Positions 42,991 through 55,762 are shown, numbered from the stretch's first letter. The stretch is 64,000 bases of DNA from Octopus bimaculoides (GCF_001194135.2 NC_068982.1:22779719-22843718), one strand, 5' to 3'. Program-made: numbers and translations. The notes: a model not told the origin generated them from the letters alone.

Positions 42991-43135
42991 TTGAAAGATA
43001 CCTTAGGAATGAGAACCCAGGTTCGAAATTTCCTCAAGACACCTGATGAAGGTTGGAGGGTATATCAGCCGAAACGTTGTGTTAACAACAAACAAATAAT
43101 GTACCTAATTCCTCATCTCTTAGGTATAGAATTGT
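42853..43135 (+). mobile_element. tRNA-headed SINE-like element carrying a hammerhead ribozyme
   Basis: A box GGCGTAGTGG, anticodon-like arm GGG-CTACTAA-CCC, B box GAGTTCGATTCC (42896-42907), (AAT)n at 42921-42988, then the hammerhead at 43038-43083. 3' boundary approximate. Confidence 0.8.
43038..43083 (+). ncRNA. Minimal type I hammerhead ribozyme, intact core
   Basis: GACAC-CTGATGA-A-GGTTG/GAGGGTATAT/CAGCC-GAAA-CGTT-GTGTT. Stem I 5 bp, stem II 5 bp, palindromic ACGT helix III; predicted cut after GUU at 43078. Confidence 0.8.
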
Positions 43136-44537
43136 ATTATGATAATTCTTATTATTCTTACGACTCATCATACTTTTAGTGCGTAAAACGCAAGGAACAA
43201 TCGTTAGAGCTTTAGACAAAATGTTCTGTTATCTACTTGCTGCCATTTATGTTTTTGAGTTTAAATTCTACGGGGATTGACTTTCTTTTCAGCCACTTGA
43301 GGGAGATAAAGACAGTACCAGCCAAATTCTGAGGTCGATATAAACTACTGTTTTGTCTCCTCAAAATTTCTGGTCTTGTGCCTGTGTAAAAAAAAAAAAA
43401 TTTTTATTGGTCATTGTTTGTGCGACGCACTCTCTCACAGTTTCTTTCAGGCTACATCAGAAGCTATTATAAATCGATATCTATCTACTGGTAATCTGAA
43501 TAAAATTTCAAGCTCCCGAGAGTATAGTTGAGACGCAAACTGATCTTTACTTTCAAGTTGTTCAGCCCCCTCCATTAAAGAATCAATTTTGTATGTGTGT
43601 TCACTATTTAAAAACAAAAAAAAAACCCCACAAAAAAAAAGGTTTATGAGAAAACAAGAAATATCGACTGAAAACAGCGTATGCAAAAATTGAAAGGAAA
43701 GAAAACAGAGAAAGAAGGCGCCGAAAACAACCCTTTTCCAACAAGTTTCCAACAAGATTTTAAATCTAAAGGTACGAAGGTATTGTTGGGTTAGTTCCCT
43801 TGTAGTAGGTATTTCTTCTCTGGGTTGCTGTTGTTTAGCTCTTATCTAAAGCATTCAACCCAAGGCCATTATTCAGCGTATTCCTTGTTCAAAACAATGG
43901 GGAGTGATTTTAAGCAGATTTGACTGCTATTTCTTACACGTCGAGTGACCGTATAGTTAAGCCCCATCGTTGGCATGAGAGGTTCCTTTAGTGTTTCGAT
44001 CATTTGTGTATGAAAGGAGCAGTTTTACTTCACATAATTCTTACTGTACATCATAAACATGAATTGAATTCTTCTGTCAGTATAAGAAGCAACAATAATT
44101 ACAACCCGAGAAATAAACGGTTTGAAAGTGGGACTCACACAAAAGAGGAATATGAACAATCATCAACCACAAATAAAATGTATTTGTTTCGTTCTGTTGA
44201 CTGTTTAGATTCTGTGAGCAATAAAGAAATAGATAGTACATAAAATGAATTCCAAAGCTTGAGTAGTCTTTATGAGGTGCTTAACCGTCGAATTATCAAA
44301 TTCAGGTCTTAGTTCGGAATATCTTCAGCAGGAATCACACTTTAACGAATCTCCCTTGTCGAATAAGTAAGACATTTTTTCAAACTACTACAGTAATCTA
44401 CTTACGTTGTGACACAGTTCATCTGGAATACGCCGAAGAAATTCATAATATGGTTGTATGGGACAGTTTATCAACTTATACGACACAATGATCAACAAGC
44501 AAGTTGTTTAATGCATCGATAAAATGTCAAAACTGTA

Positions 44538-44767
44538 TCTTTTATCTTTTATTTGTTTCACTCATTGAACTGCGGCCATGCTGGGGCACCACTTTCAGAG
44601 ATTTTAATTGAACGAATCGACCCCAGGACTTGCTTTTTTTCTTGTAAAGTAAGGTACTTATTCTATCGGCTTCTTTGCCGAACAGCTAAGTTACGTGCAT
44701 GTAGATGAAGCAATACAGGTTATCAGGAGTTGGAAAGGGACAAACACCAAGAACAACAACAAGGACA

Positions 44768-44817
<50 letters not shown>

Positions 44818-45016
44818 ACTTTCTCACATACATATGTACACATACATATGTATGTGCATGACAGGTTTCTCTCGGTCTCACAAATCCACTCATAAGCCTT
44901 TAGTCGGCCGGGGCCACAGTAGAAAACATTTGCCCAAAGTGTCAGGAAGTGGGACTGAACCCAAAACTAAGTAGTTGGAAAGTAATTTTTTTACTACACA
45001 GCCACATCTGCGTCTA
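44538..45016 (-). mobile_element. SINE family A inserted in gypsy pol
   Basis: Tail, middle, CA tract and head (GGGACTGAACCC...CACAGCCACATCTGCGTCTA) all recognisable. Confidence 0.85.
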
Positions 45017-45722
45017 TGGCCTCCGATTTTCTTGCGTAACATTTTGTCATTTGTTATCTTGAACGCAAGAGAATATCAAGCTTTAAATCGGACGCTTTGT
45101 TGAACTCTAAAGAGAGCGAAGGTCTTTCTAGAAGGTATTGTCACCATTTATGTAAACCTTCAAAATCTGCGCCAGTTTCCTTCTTAACAAAACATTATGT
45201 ATTCTTGGAAAGTGTGCGAAAGGAAAAGGCAATTAAGCGCCTTCCTTGTGATAGTGTTGCAGCCAGAGCAGTGTGTGATGCTGGTGGTTTTAATAGTAAA
45301 CAGAATGGATTTTTCAATAACATAGAGTTACGCACTTTCTATATCGAATTTAATACATTTTTGTTACATAATAGAAAAAACGCTAGGTTTCTGCTGTGAT
45401 CTTCTGCATACAACGAAACCATATAAATACCTGTAAGTAAATTCCAAGTTATTTTCTAAGACAATTTTCTAAGACATTATTCGTTGAAAACAGGTCATAC
45501 AGTTCACGGGGCCAAATGGACAGTCTAGTATATTGATAAATTGTCTTAAGTTTTCAATAGCAAGGCAAAGAACGGGCTTTAAATGACAATAAAAGTTAGT
45601 AGTAGGCTTGACACATATCGTCTTTGTTAGAATATAACTGTTGAGATATAGTATATATTAACTTGCCAATGGCAAGTATGAAGGATAATATATCAATGCT
45701 GATAATGGTAGACAAATAATGG

Positions 45723-46195
45723 TAGGCGCAGGAGTGGCTGTGTGGTAAGTAGCTTGCTTACCAACCACATGGTTCGGGGTTCAGTCCCACTGCGTGGCAC
45801 CTTGGGCAAGTGTCTTCTACAATAGCCTCGGGCCGACCANNNNNNNNNNCACCTTGGGCAAGTGTCTTCTACAATAGCCTCGGGCCGACCAAAGCCTTGT
45901 GAGTGGATTTGGTAGACGGAAACTGAAAGAAGCCCGTCGTATATATGTATATGTATATATACATATGTGTGTTTGTGTGTCTGTGTTTGTACCCACAACA
46001 TCGCTTGACAACCGTTGCTGGTGTGTTTACGTCCCCGTAACTTAGCAGTTCGGCAAAAAAGACTGATAGAATAAGTACAAGACTTACAAAGAATAAGTCC
46101 TGGAGTCGATTTGCTCGACTAAAGGCGGTGCTCCAGCATGGCCGCAGTCAAACGACTGAAACAAGTAAACGAGTAAAAAGAGAGTAAAGAGTAAA
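45723..46195 (+). mobile_element. SINE family A, young full-length copy
   Basis: TAGGCGCAGGAGTGGCTGTGTGGTAAG...GGTTCAGTCCC...AAAGGCGGTGCTCCAGCATGGCCGCAGTC...(AAAGAGT)n. Confidence 0.93.
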
Positions 46196-47224
46196 TCAAT
46201 GACAAGACGTGTTTAAATGTTCGTTTTTTTGTTGTTGTTATTACGACTTGGCATCTCTATGGTCACTGACTGGGTTCTGTGAGGCATCCTTGAAGAATTA
46301 ATTAATTTATGGTTTATGAATTTGCTATCGTTTTTAGTACATTTGGATAGGCTTAGCAATTGGCTTTCTGTTCGGTATTAAATTACTGTAAAACGTAGCA
46401 TGTGGAAACTGTAAACGATCAAAATTTGTCTTCAGTCGAAAGACATGTGATCCATTAAAATGAAGTTTCACATAAGAATACAGGAACAGGAAACTCAGAC
46501 CCAGTATTAAATCGGAGCAAAGGCTGGACACTTTATGCAATTTTTCTGCATACCTAATATTAGCTTTGCATATCCCCATAATTAGGGAACTTAGAAGTGA
46601 AATGCTGTTACAACGTTGCATCTGAATAGTTTAATGATTAAAACATTCTGCTTGGCATAAACTAGGCTGGAAAATAATCGCCAGTGCTTCCTCAGTTAAC
46701 TAGACCCTAATTGACTTTTAATCACAATATCAATGCTGTTACAAAACAAGATTAATAAACTCAAAGAAAGTAATATTATATACTGAGCGTATATAAACTA
46801 TCTCTACAATTTGAAAAAAAATTCAGAAAACTATAAGTTTAAAACATAGGCGAACAAAATTTTATTAGACACTCCAGAACACTTCCACGCGGGACCCATT
46901 TGTTGCAAGCAAACTGCTGAGTTATCGTTAGTTATCTTGTTTGAACTTTTCAAATTGCAAAGGTCATTTATGAACACCATGCATTTATTACGGAGTTTAC
47001 ATTAACGTCCTGTGTGCTTAGTGTGTAATTCACCCATTCTAACAAAATAACCTCATTGTTTCTCATACATGTAATATACGCCATAGGCATTTCTAATCTG
47101 TGATTTATAGCGGCCATACATATAACACCACCTCATGGAAAAAAGAGGGGAAAATTGCAAATCGCTGTTGAAATAGATTCTTGCTTCATGTCAACCTCTG
47201 TAACAATCCTTTCTACTATAACTA

Positions 47225-47420
47225 CAAAGAGCGTGAAATTTTGGGGTAGAAGGCTGGTCGATTACATCGACACCAGAACTCAACTGTTATTTATTTTATC
47301 GACCCGGAAAAGATGAAATGCGATGCCGACCCCGGCGGAATTTGAATTCGGAATGCAAAGACTGACTAAACACTACTAAGAATTTTGTCTGGCGTGTCAG
47401 CGATTGTGCCATTTCGTTGC
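47225..47420 (-). mobile_element. SINE family D (diverged)
   Basis: GTCGATTACATCGAC hairpin, TTTTATCGACCC, CGGCGGAATTTGAA. Confidence 0.8.
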
Positions 47421-47445
47421 CTTAGCTTGTTCATAATAACGATTT

Positions 47446-47650
47446 CAGAGTTTGGAATAAGGCCAGCAATTCCGGGAAGTGGGGTAAGTCGATTACATCG
47501 ACCCCGATATCTAACTGGTACTTATTTTATCGACCCAGAAAAGGATGGAAGGCAAAGCCGACCTTCGTGTAATTTGAACACAGAACGTAAAGACGGACGA
47601 AATGTCGCTAAGACTTTTGCCTGACGTACAAACGATTCTACCTGCTCAAT
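47446..47650 (-). mobile_element. SINE family D, tandem to the previous copy
   Basis: AAGTCGATTACATCGACCCC...AACTGGTACTTATTTTATCGACCC...AAGGATGGAAGGCAAAG. Confidence 0.82.
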
Positions 47651-48338
47651 ATCTTATCTTCTTCACTAATAATAGTAGCAATATTTACAAACCCGTCCTG
47701 GTTTTAAACGTTTTATGCAACGCTAAGTACATAGTTTAGCCTAATGAATTAATGTTTCGAAATCTAGTCATTTTATCAAGTGGTCTCAGTTTTGCGTCTG
47801 CTTACAGGGGTGCAAAGACAAAAATACAGTCTTCAGAATCTGCAGAGAGTAATTCCAAGGCTTCAAGAAATTGAACTTCAGATTCATTTCGCTTGTATTT
47901 TTTTAGCATTGCTAAACTAGTCACAGACAAAAAAGAAAAAAAAAAAAAAAGAACGAAATAAAAAGCGTTGGGGAGAAAATAATTACTTCACTCATTAACG
48001 CTCATGGCCCCTTTTAAAGACCAGAAGGATAATCCATCATATTTCTGCAACACCTGTATTTTTCTGAGATGTTTTCAGTTAGTAATCAAGACTGGAGTGT
48101 CTTTCAAATATTGTAATAAAAAGTTTTGGTAATAAATTAAATAAAAATTTTGGGCACTAATGGGTTAATGGTGATGTCTGTTGGCAGTTAAACTTGTGAA
48201 TAATTTTAAAAGTTAAAGCTTTCGAGAGAAATATGAGCGGAATTCGTTTTGAATCCCTATACTCTGATTTCAAATCATACCATGTTCAAAGCATATATGT
48301 ATATATAAATACACACACTTTTCAGTCTAAATTCATAT

Positions 48339-48755
48339 CTCTTTTACTCTTTTACTTGTTTCAGTCATTTGACTGCGGCCATGCTGGAGCAGCGCCTTTA
48401 GTCGAGCAAATCGACCCCGGGACTTATTCTTTGTAAGCCTAGTACTTATTCTATCGGTCTCTTTTGCCGAACCGCTAAGTGACGGGGACATAAACACACC
48501 AGCATCGGTTGTCAAGCAATGCTAGGAGGACAAACACAGACACACAAACACACACACACACACACACATATATATATGTATACATATATACGACGGGCTT
48601 CTTTCAGTTTCCGTCTACCAAATCCACTCACAAGGCTTTGGTCGACCCGAGTCTATAGTAGAAGACACTTGCCCAAGGTGCCACGCAGTGGGACTGAACC
48701 CCGAACCATGTGGTTGGTAAGCAAGCTACTTACCACACAGCCACTCCTGCGCCTA
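48339..48755 (-). mobile_element. SINE family A, young full-length copy
   Basis: Reverse complement closely matches 45723-46195. Confidence 0.93.
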
Positions 48756-48823
48756 TATGTAATTTTACATATATAAATATCTTATAATATTCTACGTCTA
48801 TGTATAAGTTTACCATATGAGGT

Positions 48824-48902
<79 letters not shown>

Positions 48903-49184
48903 GCTAGCTAGCTATCTATCTATCTATCTAGCTGTCTGTTTGTCTGTCTAAAGAAAATTGAAAGAAGAAAGTGCGAGTAAAGAAAATGTATGTTCCCTTT
49001 GACCAAAGTCATGAGGCTGAAAAAAACTAGGGATCTAGATTCACCGAATGCCACATATCAGAGGATGTTCTCAATAATAATTGTGTAGCAAAACCGGCGG
49101 TGCCCCAGCATGGCCACAGATTTCAGCTGAAACAGATAAAAATAAACATGTATATATATATATATATATATCATTATTATGATT

Positions 49185-49375
49185 GACCGTTGACTGAACA
49201 CTATTCAATTTTTTTTTTCTCCGTGTTTTTCTCCTTGTCTCCGTATTCTTTCTGTTGAAGAGCGTAGCTCGAAACGTCAAAGACTTTCCGTATTCCCGAG
49301 CGTCATACTAATATATACTTTTGTTATTTACACCACCTGTCCTCGTCTGTTGTTATTTTTTGTATATTCTCCCAT
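49185..49375 (+). mobile_element. Penelope-like terminal fragment
   Basis: Homologous to 3160-3350; carries the hammerhead at 49247-49283. Confidence 0.6.
49247..49283 (+). ncRNA. Minimal type I hammerhead motif with A6>U variant
   Basis: TCTTT-CTGTTGA-A-GAGC/GTA/GCTC-GAAA-CGTC-AAAGA. Perfect stems I and II, ACGT palindrome, GUC cleavage triplet (cut after 49278). Confidence 0.65.
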
Positions 49376-50447
49376 ATATATAAACTTATATTGATACATA
49401 TGCTAAGAAATTTATACATATGATGCAGTATACTAGATGTGGCTTTTATATCCAATTTAAAAAATTTTATTTGGTGTTTCAAGAAATCAACGTATTAATC
49501 TACACCACAATTATTTAACTAGAAATTTACACCCCCATTCATTCCCCCCTTCTCACTCCTTTCATTCTTTTATCTTTCTTTTTTGTTTCTTCGTTTCGTC
49601 ATCTTTATCAATGTTTTCCTCATCATCTTCCATCTTTTATTGAAGAAATGAAAGAAATTCTCCCTTAGTCTCCAAACAATATTCGATATTGATGTTGTTT
49701 GATGTTTTACACAAACACACTCACATATTATATATATATATATATNNNNNNNNNNNNNNNNNNNNNNNNNNNNNNNNNNNNNNNNNNNNNNNNNNNNNNN
49801 NNNNNNNNNNNNNNNNNNNNNNNNNNNNNNNNNNNNNNNNNNNNNNNNNNNNNNNNNNNNNNNNNNNNNNNNNNNNNNNNNNNNNNNNNNNNNNNNNNNN
49901 NNNNNNNNNNNNNNNNNNNNNNNNNNNNNNNNNNNNNNNNNNNNNNNNNNNNNNNNNNNNNNNNNNNNNNNNNNNNNNNNNNNNNNNNNNNNNNNNNNNN
50001 NNNNNNNNNNNNNNNNNNNNNNNNNNNNNNNNNNNNNNNNNNNNNNNNNNNNNNNNNNNNNNNNNNNNNNNNNNNNNNNNNNNNNNNNNNNNNNNNNNNN
50101 NNNNNNNNNNNNNNNNNNNNNNNNNNNNNNNNNNNNNNNNNNNNNNNNNNNNNNNNNNNNNNNNNNNNNNNNNNNNNNNNNNNNNNNNNNNNNNNNNNNN
50201 NNNNNNNNNNNNNNNNNNNNNNNNNNNNNNNNNNNNNNNNNNNNNNNNNNNNNNNNNNNNNNNNNNNNNNNNNNNNNNNNNNNNNNNNNNNNNNNNNNNN
50301 NNNNNNNNNNNNNNNNNNNNNNNNNNNNNNNNNNNNNNNNNNNNNNNNNNNNNNNNNNNNNNNNNNNNNNNNNNNNNNNNNNNNNNNNNNNNNNNNNNNN
50401 NNNNNNNNNNNNNNNNNNNNNNNNNNNNNNNNNNNNNNNNNNNNNNN

Positions 50448-50502
<55 letters not shown>

Positions 50503-50657
50503 CTGCATATATATGTTTATATATATATAGGTATATATACGTGCATATATATGTATACATATGTATACACACACACATACAAATATATATGTATATATAT
50601 GTATATATATATGTATATATATATACATATATATACGTATATATATACATACACACA

Positions 50658-50816
<159 letters not shown>

Positions 50817-51909
50817 ACATATGAAGTTGAAGCTCAATGAAAAATATTATATAAAAACACATATATGTAGAAATTTTTATTAAGTTTCGAATAAGACGTG
50901 TCTTTGTTGTTCTATTTCTTGTTTTATTTAGAGGCTTTATTATTTCATGACAGAGTTCTCTACTTTTTACATTAATTTGATTATGTATTTATCTCTATAT
51001 ACCACTAGAAAATATGGTGAGAGTCACTGGAGATGCTTTGCGGAAGTCAAAATTTATTTTATGGCAGATCTGACACAAAATCCTCTAGGGAATTAAAAGT
51101 GAAAAAAAATTGCCTGAGAGAAACCACAACGGCTGACGGATAGATTATAATAAAATCTCGTCGTAGATGACAAAATTTCTCAGGTTTGGCGTGGAAGTAG
51201 CTAAGAGGGTGATAGTGACTTATCTTTACATCTTATCTAGGATCGATTCATTATCTAGGATCGATTCATATATCGTTTTATTTAAAACTTTGATGTTGCG
51301 GTTGCTTCCTATTACTTTTATATTATTTTTGTTGAGCGAACTCGCTCGCTCTCAACAAGTTGTGGTTATAAATTTGGTTAAATAGCATCGTGTTGCGAGT
51401 GATTCTATTTGTAATCGAGAGTATCTGGGGTAACTGAATTGTAATATTAAAGACTATGAAAGCAAATGTGTTGTGAATTGCATTTAGTAATTACTTGTAT
51501 CTCCTCATGGTCAACTAATTTAATTGTCTAGAAAACAGTTAATAAATGGTAAAAAGTTTTGTGAGATTAACAATATGGAGTCAGTTTCTAACAAATACAG
51601 AAAGCTCCATCTTTCGAATGTAAATAACGAAAACAATGACTCATTTTAAAGCTGGGAAAACTCATCTATAGTGTTACGTTCCGCTCATAGATTGTATTTT
51701 CAATGTGCGAATCACTTTTATGTATGCATGTAGGTAGAAAGGTTGGTAGGTAGACATGTATTGCTATGTACGAGTGTTATACGTTTATGGCGGGCTGTGT
51801 CAAACAGTTTAAAACACGACCAGATGAAAGCAAATATATGACGAAACGAAAACGAACATAATTTCTTATATAAGAAAAGATATGTATACATACACACCTA
51901 AACACACAA

Positions 51910-51984
<75 letters not shown>

Positions 51985-52489
51985 TGCGCACATAGGTATA
52001 GCTACAAATTCATGCAGAAAAAATATTCTGTGTGGTAAGACTATCACCATGGCGCAAACTCATAAACCAAAGGGAAATAAAGCAAAAATGGAAAACTATG
52101 AGTTATATGAAGTAACATGACACAAAATTTATTGGTGTTGTTGGCTTGACGTCTTCACAACGATGCCATTATTGATTGTTTAGAGATGGTGAAGGTGACA
52201 CCTTATTTTGGGAATGTAGTTCGTGTCGTTCTTGGTGTTTTGCAATACATCAAGCCTTGTTCGAGGCGTTGAAGCTTTGACCATCATTCTGCTTCTGTTT
52301 TTTTTCTTTTTTGCTATATAGGAGACTACAGTGGTCAATGAATACCTTGTTTTATTTTTAGATAGTAGGATAAGGTTCAAGGGATGTTTGATTGAAGCTG
52401 ATTTTGGCAGTTGGAACGCCTGCGCGGAGTTTACATCGCTAGCTCCAGAGTGAAGTGATGTGAGCAGAATATGTGGTTAGTCAATGGTA

Positions 52490-52652
52490 AGAGACAAAGA
52501 AGGTGGAGAAAAAGGGGACAGAGAGAAAGAGAGGGCGACAGAAAGAGAGGGCGACAGAAAGAGAGGGCGACAGAAAGAGAGGGAGAGAAACAGAATGAAA
52601 GAGATCGACAGATAGAAGCAGAAGGAGAAAGTGAGGCAGAGAGAATGAGAGT

Positions 52653-52729
<77 letters not shown>

Positions 52730-52884
52730 GAAGAGAGAAAGAGATGAAGAGAGAGAGAGTGAGACAAAGAGTGAAAGTGAGAAAGAATGAAAGAGGTGGA
52801 TAGAGATGCAGAGGGAGAGAGTGAGACAGGAGAGAATGAAAATCAAAGGGAGTGAGAGAGGCAGAGAAACAGAGAAGCAGAAAG

Positions 52885-52936
<52 letters not shown>

Positions 52937-52960
52937 CGACAAAGAGACAGAGAGAGCAAT
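52490..52960. repeat. (GA)n polypurine tract with a 16-bp unit GAGAGGGCGACAGAAA x3 (52529-52576)
   Basis: Read directly. Confidence 0.9.
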
Positions 52961-52989
52961 GTATTGGCCAGAGCGGACTAGTTCGGTAA

Positions 52990-54720
52990 CTTTGTTAAAG
53001 CTTCATCTTCGTCTCCACAAAGTTTCCAAAATCAAAATCCCATAAAGATTGAAACGGAAGAACAATTAACTCTTTTGTTGGAAAATTCCTATCAGGAATT
53101 GATTCAAATTGGTAATGCTATCTTGCATGAAGTTCAGAGCCTGTTTTACTAACTTAGCATTACTGAATTGATGGAAAACAAAGAAGTATTTAAAGCAAGG
53201 AAAGGGTGATTTTTTAGATTTGAACATTGTTAAACCAACCGAAGCTGCAAGGGCGGGTAAAGACACCGTCTCTCGTTCTAAATATTCAAAAGAATTGTTA
53301 AAAAAACGAGAAAAATTGTAGAAAATAATTAAAATTAACATAATATATTAAATATAAAGGAGACTGGTATTTTCAAAATGATATCTATATCATTTGGAGG
53401 AGTAGAGAGCAAAGCGCGAAACACCGCAATTTGGATATAAAATATAAAAAATATTGCATTACAATTCTACTTTAAAAGACAACAACATACCATTTCCATC
53501 ATTTATCATACAAATAAAAACTAGAACCACTGCGTGTGTTTATTGTTCGCATAATGACCCTACTGAGGTACTACGAAAGATTGTATTACAATTTTATCTT
53601 AATAGACTACAACAAACACGCCATTCCCACCATTTGGTAAAAGAATAAGAACAAATAATGGTCACCCAAACAGTATTTATTCACTGGTTCATGGAATATT
53701 TTTGTCCGGTATTAACGATTATTGTAAAGCGAATAATTTAGTTTCAAGGTTCTTTTTAAATCTAGAAAATGTCAGTTGAACGCCCAACCGCACTAACATT
53801 TGACTTCAACTTTTGGTATTAGGCCAGCAATATTTAGGTGGATGGTGTTTAGTCGATTATATCGACCTCAGTACTCAACTGGTTTCTTTATTTTATCATT
53901 TATTTTATCAATCTCGAAAGGATGAATGGCAAAGTTAACCGCGGTAGAATTTGAACTCAGAACGCTAAGAGCCATAAGAAATACCTCGAAGCATTTTGTT
54001 CGACGTGCTAACGATTCTGCCAGCAAACCGTTACTTTTACAGCCTATCTAGGGAGATATTTCTTCTTTCAAGGTTTATTTTATTTGAAGAACTTCATCAA
54101 AACCATTTGAAGTTACAATTGAAGAAGTTTCTAGCACATTTCAAGGGCTATCGAAGAATTTCAGTATTAAGCACACATTTGCAAACATAAATTATTCATG
54201 GGAAGAAATGAGATCCAGGTCTTTTGGTAACATTTGGAAAAATACTTTTGCCTACAAGTGTTAATGATTTTCTTGGCTTTGGAATTTCTTTTAAAGAACG
54301 TAATTGAAGAAATTACTGCAATCGGAAAAGACTGCAGTTTTGAAGATGTCGAGGCAGGAAATGTTCGTAAGTTATTGGAAAGATTGAGTGAATGTTGAAC
54401 TTTTGGAAATGGAACTTCAAAGAGTATACGAAAAAAAAAATCGAAAGAATCTGACAGAGACGGAAAGGAATCGAAAGAAATAACATTAACTGAACTTACA
54501 GGTATGTTTCAAAGTTTAGGAATAAGCGACGTTTGATGGATTTGGATCCTGAGATCAATAGAAATTGTCAAGTATGTCATGGTGGTCTAGAAAGAATGAT
54601 TTCTTGTTAATGCACCCCTCCCAGAGAGAGAAAAAAAAACCCAACTAAAAAGCAACTAAAATTCTGCATGCAGTTCTTAGATTAAAAAAAAAATACTTTA
54701 TTTAACTTCATCGATGCATC
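52990..54720 (+). mobile_element. Decayed pogo/Tigger DNA transposon transposase
   Basis: EVFKARKG*FFRFE (cf. FKASKGWFxRF); LNIKETGIFKM (cf. FNxDETGLFWK); FIHWFMEYFCP...YCKANNL...LEN (cf. LDNA); LQPI*G (cf. LQPMDQG); NVIEEITAIGKDCSFEDVEAGNVRKLLE. Frameshifted. Confidence 0.75.
53811..54032 (-). mobile_element. SINE family D inserted in the Tigger transposase
   Basis: GTCGATTATATCGAC, GAAAGGATGAATGGCAAAG, GAATTTGAACTCAGAACG, GTGCTAACGATTCTGCCAGC. Confidence 0.85.
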
Positions 54721-54892
54721 GTATTGTAAATTGTCTATCATTATTTGAAAATCTCGAGAAGTAATAATGTCAGAAATCAATATATAATATTTCCTTCCAT
54801 CGATTATTATAGTTATATTCGATTGGTGGGGTTTTGACTAATGGGTCAAAATTATGGAAAAATTTGACAGCACAAATTAAGGGATAACCATG

Positions 54893-54929
<37 letters not shown>

Positions 54930-54962
54930 GTTTGTCTGTCTGTCTGTCTGCCGGTCCGTCCG

Positions 54963-55033
<71 letters not shown>

Positions 55034-55762
55034 GTCTGTCTGTCTGTCTGTCTGTTTATCTATCTATTTATCTATCTATCTACCTATATNNNNNNNNNNN
55101 NNNNNNNNNNNNNNNNNNNNNNNNNNNNNNNNNNNNNNNNNNNNNNNNNNNNNNNNNNNNNNNNNNNNNNNNNNNNNNNNNNNNNNNNNNNNNNNNNNNN
55201 NNNNNNNNNNNNNNNNNNNNNNNNNNNNNNNNNNNNNNNNNNNNNNNNNNNNNNNNNNNNNNNNNNNNNNNNNNNNNNNNNNNNNNNNNNNNNNNNNNNN
55301 NNNNNNNNNNNNNNNNNNNNNNNNNNNNNNNNNNNNNNNNNNNNNNNNNNNNNNNNNNNNNNNNNNNNNNNNNNNNNNNNNNNNNNNNNNNNNNNNNNNN
55401 NNNNNNNNNNNNNNNNNNNNNNNNNNNNNNNNNNNNNNNNNNNNNNNNNNNNNNNNNNNNNNNNNNNNNNNNNNNNNNNNNNNNNNNNNNNNNNNNNNNN
55501 NNNNNNNNNNNNNNNNNNNNNNNNNNNNNNNNNNNNNNNNNNNNNNNNNNNNNNNNNNNNNNNNNNNNNNNNNNNNNNNNNNNNNNNNNNNNNNNNNNNN
55601 NNNNNNNNNNNNNNNNNNNNNNNNNNNNNNNNNNNNNNNNNNNNNNNNNNNNNNNNNNNNNNNNNNNNNNNNNNNNNNNNNNNNNNNNNNNNNNNNNNNN
55701 NNNNNNNNNNNNNNNNNNNNNNNNNNNNNNNNNNNNNNNNNNNNNNNNNNNNTATATATATC

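Larger units (their letters stand above)
43990..47200 (-). mobile_element. Heavily decayed Ty3/gypsy gag-pol (PR-RT-RH-IN), interrupted by two SINEs
   Basis: Minus strand: protease LCSDLILGLSFL (~46500); EPSQ*P*RCQVV (~46240-46283; cf. EPSxSPWRAQV); RNase H ASHTALAATLSQGRRLIAFSFRTLSK...KKE...KW*QYLL (45100-45310); integrase zinc region CDSC*RYSELRP...LIKTTQ (~44255-44330) and RNKYILFVVDD (~44150-44200). Domain order is that of gypsy. No LTRs recognised. Confidence 0.75.

Noticed and set aside
45798-45890. Apparent ~40-bp tandem duplication inside SINE-A (ACCTTGGGCAAG...GGCCGACCA twice)
   Set aside because: The copies flank a 10-N gap, typical of an unmerged contig overlap, so this is probably an assembly artefact.
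51233-51268. 18-bp tandem duplication TTATCTAGGATCGATTCA x2
   Set aside because: Ordinary slippage-type duplication with no further structure.
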